Both the position numbers and the translations under genes were made by a program. A stretch of DNA of 64,000 nucleotides, taken from positions 124,001 through 188,000 of the forward strand of contig JAKMXF010000340.1 in the NCBI GenBank assembly GCA_024704765.1. The letters are read 5' to 3'. The notes under the pieces were generated by a model that was given only the letters and a program-made list of their open reading frames with translations, made no database searches and had not been told where the DNA came from. How positions within the stretch are numbered: position 1 is the stretch's first letter; every line of letters starts with the position of its first letter. Below, piece by piece: positions 55,591 to 64,000 of the stretch. Origin of the DNA: Oopsacas minuta. Lineage: Eukaryota; Animalia; Porifera.

Positions 55591-57625
55591 CGTAGCAAGT
55601 ATAGTGTAAATAATATCCGCACAATTATTTTACCATCCCTATTAGATTTAAAATTCCTTAATGATCTACAATTTTACAATAAAATGAGAATAAGAAAACA
55701 TCCACACTAGAATAATAGAGCGATAATATTCAATTATACGTACATAGATATGATAGGGAATTTTTAATATAAAACAATGTATTTTTATGAGAACTTAATT
55801 GAATAATTGTATAAATCAAGACTATTATCAAGTAATAGAAACAAAAGGATACTTATACACTAATTGAATAATATGACTTAACAGGGCCGACGGAGCCAGT
55901 ACGGCCTGTCCAATTTTTAAATCCTCCAATAGATTTAGTTGTTGAAACAAAACCGTATTAAATCCTTGTTTCCGCCGTTCCTGCATAAGATTTTAGGAGA
56001 ATGTGTTATTATAAAATACGAGACTTTTAATTTAAAATTTGGCTAAAATTAGATATGATGGAATTCAAGACATTTGAGGTTACAATAATGATTGGAAGGA
56101 TATATAGGACATTTCTACAGCTTCTATGAGGTGAGTGGGCTAAAGAAGTAGAATTCACAGGTAATGTTTTCTATGTGTCCAATTCTCTCTAATTGTCCCA
56201 GAGATGCCAACTCTCACGCTTTTCAGGGGTAAAAAAAGTGAAAGCTCACGCCATTTTATGATTTACATTTTGATACTGAAATGCCAAATTTCATTCATTT
56301 TGAGAAGAAATCTCACTGCTTTGCGAGACGCCAGGTTGAGCATCTACGCAAAAAAGTATGAGACTCCCATCATATGCAGTACAGATTCTTGTATGCAAAA
56401 GTTGCATACAATAAAAGTTGGCCAGCGTCTATATTGAATTTTCCATGTAACATAACTGCATGAAATTTTGGTTTTTGGAATTTGTAGGCAATTTTGTGCA
56501 TGCAAGAATACTACACCATGTTGTATGTATAGTGAGATTTGCATTCAACATGTTACATAGAATAAAACAGTTCAATTTTTCTGCAACATTTTGAACGAAA
56601 TTATATTTTCATGCAACATTGTTGTATCTTGTTTGTTGGCTTGTTGCAATACATTGTTTACGCTGGGTTCAGTCCCGCATGTTATCATAAATATTCGGGC
56701 TAAGAAGTCCACAATAAATTGAATTTTTCTTATTTTGTTTGAATAACTGTTTCAATGAAGTATCAATACTCAATTAGAAATCGTTGGAGCAATCAATTCT
56801 TGGAATAAAACATTTTATTGTACTCATTGTGTGTGAATGACCATTCATTCTATGTTATTATTGTAAAAAACTTTGATGGTGAACTTTAATTGAGAAATAA
56901 TTATGGGTTGAATACAACCTATATTCTCCAATTATGAATAAATTTAGAATTTCAACAGATTTACCAAAATATCGATTCCAAATCCAATTTCAATTTTCTC
57001 GCTAAAAACCAGATAATTGAAGCATTCATAGTCTTCAACTATAAAAATAGAAATATTTTGTTAAATAATATTTCTGAATAAACGAACGAAAATCATGAAA
57101 AATACGCGAAATACAGCCAACCTTTTCGAAAATTTTCAAATTTTCTCATAATCAGAATTTTGTATATTCCTAAATTAATTTCTAAAATGGAATAGAAATT
57201 CAGAGATTCTTCGTTTTGAAACGAAGAATATCTGAATTTGAATAAATTGTGCCAAAATGAATACCAAAATTCGAATGTTCCTTCATTTCGAAAGTCGTTC
57301 GTTCGTTCAGCCCTAATATTACTTGAATAACAATTTGCATATGCACTAAGCTAAAAATATTCAAAAACTTTCGAGCTATTAAAATGTCAATCCTCATACA
57401 GGATCAAGTAGAATTTAAATAATATATCCGCATGAGAAACTTTTGCAAATAAAACATTCCCAAACATGGATGTTTGTAAATAAATACCCAGATCCTATAC
57501 CCGAGTAGTTAATTATTTTGCATCCGGCTTCACCATTTTTGCATGCGGAGACCATTTTAATATATGTGACTTTCAGTGTATTTGCAATAAATATTTTGTT
57601 TATATATTCAGATCTATCTGTGACG

Positions 57626-59808
57626 ATGAGACTAGCCCTAGGCCTTGTGCTAGCATTAGCATTAATCGGTAAGCAAAATTTACACATACACTTTCCAAAT
57701 AAATATTTATAATTACATATGATAGCCCAACTAAATGGCGCCCAGCTTGACAAATATGACTATGATGTCATGTATGATGACCAAGAGGAATTTGATGACA
57801 AAAATTGGTTTGACAACCAAGGTAAGAAAATTTGTTAACAATATTACAGTTGTTCAAAATTTCCGCATATAATACACAAATTACTGGATATTTACATACC
57901 CATTACACGAAGTTGTGAAAATATCCGGTTTCAGCAGTATATTGAGATATACAAATACATTTCCATTTTTTGTTAAACACTGAAATATATGTAGAAGATG
58001 ACATGGTTAAACTCCCTCAAGGTGGAGATGAACAAATGAAAGCTCCAACTGAGGAGGATATCATGATGTCCTCTCCTCAAAAGGATGAGACTCTTCCAGA
58101 ATCAAAGACTGTGAATAATGGAGAGACCTTTGAAGAATTGCTAGCAGGTAACGAGGGATATGTGTAAAATCTCCGATACGTTATTTAGAAAAATTACCCG
58201 ATATGATAAACTCGGTTCGATATTACTAAAATATGAAAATATTCAAAAATTCGGAAAATATGGATAAAATTTTGGTAAAATACAGAAATTTATGAAACTT
58301 TCGGGAACAATTATCGTATTTCCATGTTTTGAATTTCGATATTTTGATATCACGTATATCGATAATTGGGGTATATGCCTGATATTTTTGATAGTTTTCG
58401 ATCTTTTTGGAATGTAAGATATTTTAGAAATTTTCTTTTCGGATATATTCGTACTATACATTGCAGGTAAACTAATCAGTAAACTCTATCATACTTAACA
58501 ACCCCTTGTAACTGTTTCCGTGGATATTTTCCTCGAAATCCCTCGATTTTCAAACTTTCTCTGGAATTCTATTTTTCTATGCTAATTATACGAGTTTTTC
58601 CCTAATTTTAAACGATATATTTGTATTATTGTACAATACTTTTCCTATAGCAAAATCATCTTTACTTGGAGAACCTGTTGATGGTTAGTGTACATAAGTA
58701 TTTGAGATAAATCTGTCCAATGTTTATCTTAATTTTGTATTTTTAGAGGATACTATCGATATGAACATCTTCCCAAGAGAAGATGAGGTGGACAAATCGA
58801 TGTTTCTGAGCGAGAAAGGTAAGTCATTTATTGTTGCCTAAAAAGTAATTTATCTAAAATGAGAGTTACATGGGACCATATAGCACATCCAATTTAGGTG
58901 CTTATAATTGAAGCATAGGGAAAAATACAAATTGAAAAGTAGTTACCGTATTTTCCTGAGTAAGCCACGAGGATAGAAAAAGATGTGGATAAAATGTATA
59001 GCCACCCTCTAGAAGAACACTTGTTGAAATTTCCGCCACATTTGACCATTCAACAAATTAGTTGCCCAAAATCTTTGTATTTCAAAAATTGAAAAGGCGA
59101 AAATGCCCACGAAAATAATACTGTAATTATATTTCAATCACTTCTGTTGGACCAATTAAGATAAAGGAGAGTTGAAATCGAGAAAGTTTCGAGTCGGGTT
59201 CTGAAATGTGAACGATTCCAACTGATACAAAAGCTCTGCTTAATAGAATAATCAGTGGCCGCGTAATCGGATTTAAATGCCCTGGTCTCAAAGTGACCCA
59301 TCAATCGGAGTCAATAGTAATAATTCAACATGCACTCTATTATTTGATTCTATTGTGTTTAGAAATGAATTTGACTGGATCCAGATGCTCAATGCCCATC
59401 CATTATCCCAATAGAGGTGGAAAACGTGCTGTCCCTGGAACCCGATGGGTCGCTGTTAAATCTCATAAATGGCTTTATGCAACTATTTGTCGTACTTGCT
59501 ATGGTGATATCCCAGGCTTCTACTGGGGAGGTTATTGCTACTTTGAATATAATCGCCGGCTGTATCGTACATGTACTTGGGACTGGACTGGACTTATTTA
59601 CGGCAAAACTTATCTGTATTCTAGATGTCACAGAAGTCGTTGTACCATCTTTGGTGGATACCAAAAGAATTACAAAAACCCATGGTTCCTTTGTGTAGCC
59701 AGGCACGGAGGTTGGCTAGTACCAGGAAAAGGTGACGTATATACTAGGTTATGCTGGTATTTAAAGGGTCGGCATTCCAGGAACTTCTATTGGCTTGTTG
59801 CCCATTAA
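57626..59808 (+). CDS. Secreted prepro-protein: signal peptide, acidic propiece and cationic DM9 (DUF3421)-like two-repeat domain; 6 exons, 280 aa
   Basis: Exons 57626-57668, 57726-57821, 57995-58147, 58651-58683, 58747-58818, 59363-59808; all GT-AG, all phase 1, frame open. Signal MRLALGLVLALALIAQLNGA. DM9-like repeats YATICRTCYGDIPGFYWGGYCYFEY and IFGG..PWFLCVARHGGWLVPGK..LCWY..RNFYWLV. Confidence 0.8.
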
Positions 59809-60350
59809 ATACTGCTCAACAAATCAATAGCGCTCTTCAAATTACTACTAATATCTGCTGTGTAGGCCGTAGTAATCTATTCCAGTATTTCAGTATTGTA
59901 TCTTAGGCATTATTACTAACAATTAATAATTATCTTTGTTGTTGGTTAAAGTATATCGAAATTAATATTTCTCTCTATCAGTTTGTTTGTCAGTTAATAT
60001 ACACAATGGGAAAGTTGGGAGTATCTTTGGATGAGATTACATTTATTCTAATTTACTAATGATTAACAACTAAAGTCAACATACACTAGGCAAGTATGTT
60101 GCATCATGTGTATGGTGAGATTTCCATAATTGCATAGCAATAGAAAATGTCCTATTTGATCATTTTCCTGCAATGTTGCATGAAATTATACTTTTCATAA
60201 CATTGTGTATAGTGAACTTTAGGTTTTCAACGGCTAATCAGTGTCCATTAGGTAGAACTTTGGCCATTAGGGGTATAAATATGTTTAATTCCCATATATA
60301 TATAACAAAAATTGGAAAATGTGGGGGAAATGTATAGTAAACTAACAAAC

Positions 60351-62560
60351 TCAGAATATTGATAATTGCTTGACTGTAATTTGAAGAGTTATGTTGTGCT
60401 CTCTATAATATTTCTCTTCTAATATTCCAGTGTTTGAAATGAATGTACGAGTTCCAAAACCTCCATTCCTCAGCTTAGCAGGTCTCTTGAAACTATTTGG
60501 ATATTTATCCAAATCTTTCTTAGTAACTTCATCGGAATAAACAAAATTATCTTCATTATTAATCTGATTGAGAAGAACAAACGTCCATTTGTATTTGATA
60601 GGCCAGTGTAACATATGATCATAATTCCCCTTCATAATTAGAATGAAACAACCTACTTTACCTGTGTTAGCAAAATCCCATACAATACGCCCCTGACACT
60701 TGTATAGGCCTACATAGAATGGATCACTGTAACTTGTTTCTTTGCGAAGTATTTTCATTTTAACATTTCCAATCTTCCATTCAAACTCTCCTATAGAAAC
60801 TTTTGTAGATAGTTCTTGATTTTGTTCTTCTAGAGTTGATATTCTTTCAGTCGCTTTAGCTAATTGAGAAATTGCTGTATCCAATTTGTCTTGCATATCT
60901 ATCATTGATAACCTGAAGTGAATGTGTAAGGATTCTTTCTCGTGATGTTTCAACTCTCTTCTTTCCATCTCCTCTCTACATCCATTATTCCAATAAATAC
61001 ACTGTATTATCTGTAGAGGACACTCGTTTGATAAATGAGCAGGAATATCTCTCCTCTTCATCCCTTCCTTTCCATTTGTACCGCATCCATTAGGACATGG
61101 AACTGGAAAGTCCTCACAGACCTCTAGATGAGGATTCATCCAACAAGCCTCCACTTTATCGTTACAGAATTCACAAATGATTTTTCTCAATGGACACGAG
61201 TCTATCTGATGTTCTAGAATATGTCTCCTCTCTATTTTAACAACTTTCCCCTTCCTCTCTCCTTCTAGAACCGCACACCCCAGCGGGCATACAACAGAAA
61301 GGAACTTACATTCATCTAGATGGTGTAGTACTGTTTTAACTGTGTAACTCCAATCGCATCCACTCCCTTTTAGAGGGCAACGAATCTATGAATAATAATG
61401 TTGTAAATAGGTTCAAACATAACTTCAATTATCTCAAAACGATGTTTTTCGCCACAGCACTAATTTTCATAGAAGTATGAATAGTCCTTAAGCTCTGAAA
61501 ATTTATGGGAAGTATTTATACAATGTTTTGCCTGATATCTAGACCACATTTGGAATGAATGAACGAATATTTCTCATGATATCACACCCTAAGCCCTGCG
61601 GACTCCGGTTTTTAGCCTATTTTTGCCGGACCCCACATCAAACGTTAATACCTTCTTATTGGGGAGGTACTCGGGCCTAATTGTGGTCTAGAAAATTAGA
61701 ACTACATATTGTTAGCATATATAGCAATTTATAGGTCTTAGGCAATAGTCCTTCTTCAAAAAACAATTGGGTATATGGCCCGAACTTCAATGTTATGTCT
61801 ATGGGAGGACTTTTGCCCCCTTTTCATGCCCAATTCGTAATACACAATAGATACATCAGGGTTTATGATTATTATCTCTTAGTTTGGCCCTTGCAACGAG
61901 CTGGAAAACATTAAACATGTAGAATGGCATATACTTTAGAAAAAAGCATTCTTAAGTTGAAAAATGGTCATGAATCGTGGAAGTATACAAAAGAGTATGT
62001 AGCACACAAATTATTCGTATCTGCACAGCGCAAACCAAATAACATGCACTATGTCCAAAAATTTCATATTCTCACAATATTGAAAAGATTTTCTTGAAAG
62101 TGAAAACTCATTTAGGTGCTACCCACATAATATTTCCCAAAAATTGTAGAATAATTCATTCAGGCATCATGAATTATGAATATTTGATATATCGAATATT
62201 CGAATAAATCATTATTTCCTAAATAGGTCAATTAAGGAACAAACAACAGTTATACGTCGTAACCATTGACAATTAAATTACCATTTTCTCGTTGACAATT
62301 TCACGATTGACTTTAACAGGTTGCCATGGTGCACCTCTAGGAATGCAAATTCTACATTTGAATTCTTCTTGACAAATACAAGCTTCTCTCAATAAACCTT
62401 TACAAAAAGTACACATCAATAATTTCTCTTCTACCCTGCTGGATAACTTCTCCTTCAACAATTCTAATCTCCAGCCTCTATAGCTATCATCTTCTGTCTT
62501 CACGTAGACTAAGTCCTCTTTCCAGAATCTCTCTTCTGTGTCCTCCAACTCTTCTGCCAT
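60351..62560 (-). CDS. TNF receptor-associated factor (TRAF): degenerate RING, TRAF-type zinc fingers, coiled coil and MATH; 2 exons, 437 aa
   Basis: Exons 62560-62282 and 61385-60351, phase 0. IRCPLKGSGCDW..HLDEC; VCPLGC..HQIDSCP; ICEFC..HLEVC; VPCPNGC..HLSNECP; IQCIYWNNGC. MATH: GEFEWKI, YSDPFY, FILIMKGNYDHMLHWP, GFG..FIS. Confidence 0.9.
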
Positions 62561-62599
62561 ACTACAATTTGTAAAAATAATATAGCATAGAAAGTATTG

Positions 62600-63680
62600 A
62601 TATAGTCAGCTAAGAGGACAATCAGCTAATGGGTTATTTTTATTAATTTGTAAGGAAACCGTATCAACTAATATGGAATCACTTGCGAGAATATTACAAT
62701 TCGTACTAACCATTCTAACAGTAAAATCTCTAACAAATAGAAATCTAAAGCCTACCACACTGTCTATACACGATGTAACTTCGTTGGCATGCAAAGAATG
62801 TGCTCGCAAATATCTGAAAATTTTGAGAGCAAATTTACAACACTGTTACACGTTTTCCATCAGATTAATAATGAAGATAATTTTGTTTATTCCAATGAAG
62901 TTACTAAGAATGATTTGGATAAATATCCAGAGTGTTTCAAGAGACCTGTTGACCTGTGGAATAGATGTTTTGGATGTCCTACATTCATTTCAAACACTGA
63001 AATATTAGAAGAGAAATATTGTAAAGAAAACAACATAACTCTTCAAATTTCAGTCGAGCAACTATTAAAATTCTGACTTTGTTAGTTTACTATATATTTC
63101 CAAGTTCCAACTGTTATTTATTGTTATTATATTTTCATTGGAATTAAACATATTTTACCGCTTTTGACCTAAGTTCTGCCTAAAGAACACTGATTATCCA
63201 TCGAAAACCTACACAATGCAATGGAAATATATTTTCATGCAGCATTGCAGGAAATGATCAAGTAAAACAAGCTCTATTGCCATACAAATATGAAAATCTC
63301 ACCATACACAGTACGATGCAATTTGATTGCACGCAACAACTGCAACATATTTTGTAGCTTTAGTCATTAATCATTAGTGAATTTGAATAAATTGAATCTC
63401 ATACAAAGATAATCCCAACTTTCCCATTGTCTAAACTGACAAACAAACCGTAATTGTTGGTAACATGATCTAGCCTAAGATACAATACTGGAATAGAATT
63501 TATCATAAATAATACGACCTAAACAGCAGATATTAGTAGTAATTTGAAGAGCGATATTGATTGTTTGACCATCGCAGTATTCAACGGGAAATAACCAAAC
63601 CTTTCCATACCAACATAAACCTCTATATACGTCAGATATTAGACTTCCATAAACAAATATCAGATTTCCTGACTTGCATG
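62600..63680 (+). pseudogene. Inverted partial duplicate of the TRAF MATH 3' end, the intergenic region and the DM9-gene 3' end
   Basis: Plus-strand HQINNEDNFVYSNEVTKNDLDKYPECFKRP..FISNTEILEEKY..LLKF* (stop 63076). 63077-63570 mirrors ~59812-60350. Minus-strand DVYRGLCWYGK..WLFP at ~63575-63640 resembles DM9-gene DVYTRLCWYLK..WLVAH. Confidence 0.75.
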
Positions 63681-63896
63681 CTAATAGAGCATGCTCTATT
63701 TGATCATTTCTTGCAATGTTGTGCATGAAATTATACTTTCATACCACCGTGTATAGTGAACTTTATGTTTTCTACGGCTAATCAGTACCCATTAGATAGA
63801 ATTTTGGCCACGAGCGGGATAAATATGTTTAATTCCCATATATATATATAACAAAAATTGGAAATCAAGGTGGAAATGTATAGTAAACCAACAAAC

Positions 63897-64000
63897 TCAG
63901 AATATTGATAATTGCGTGACTGAAATTTGAAGAGTTGTGTTGTGTTCTTTACAATATTTCTCTTCTAGTATTTCAGTGTTTGAAATGAATGTTTGAGTTC
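63897..64000 (-). CDS. 3' end of another TRAF paralog, running out of the window
   Basis: TQTFISNTEILEEKYCKEHNTTLQISVTQLSIF*; 63698-64000 is a direct copy of ~60148-60452, including the 3' UTR. Confidence 0.75.
   Translation of the reverse strand, partial: TQTFISNTEILEEKYCKEHNTTLQISVTQLSIF

Noticed and set aside
1473-63726. Numerous 60-160-aa ORFs antisense to or overlapping real genes and MITEs
   Set aside because: These are shadow frames of coding exons or repeats with no domain evidence.

Overview
AT-rich animal genomic DNA with GT-AG introns, many intron-poor genes and dense non-autonomous DNA-transposon (MITE) relics. The compact genes and TRAF and NHL-repeat paralogs suggest a non-bilaterian animal such as a sponge; this is inference, not proven. 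Gene order: 5'-partial PLEKHG-type DH-PH RhoGEF with a hydrophobic C-tail; BTB protein; secreted LRR-LRRCT-EGF protein; 6-exon PTP1B/TCPTP-like phosphatase; 88-aa tail-anchored protein; MCCC1; C2H2 zinc-finger gene; CCDC148; triple-Tudor/CCCH protein; 11-exon myosin-I (MYO1D/G-like, 35214-54388, minus); 6-exon secreted DM9-like protein; TRAF gene with two partial copies. The myosin introns host a ZnT zinc transporter, a decayed PHD relic and a three-gene cluster. Highlights: (1) a prepro-protein with an acidic propiece and a strongly cationic Trp/Tyr/Cys-rich DM9-like domain; (2) the nested trio, where an unnamed twin Cys/His zinc module is fused once to a GQHPGMQ heptad repeat and once to a coiled-coil-NHL propeller, the apparent chimera lying between its two parent types; (3) a myosin-I with substitutions at normally invariant motor glycines. 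All assignments come from manual motif reading and splice-phase checks; no searches were run. No tRNA, rRNA, CRISPR or intact transposase is supported.
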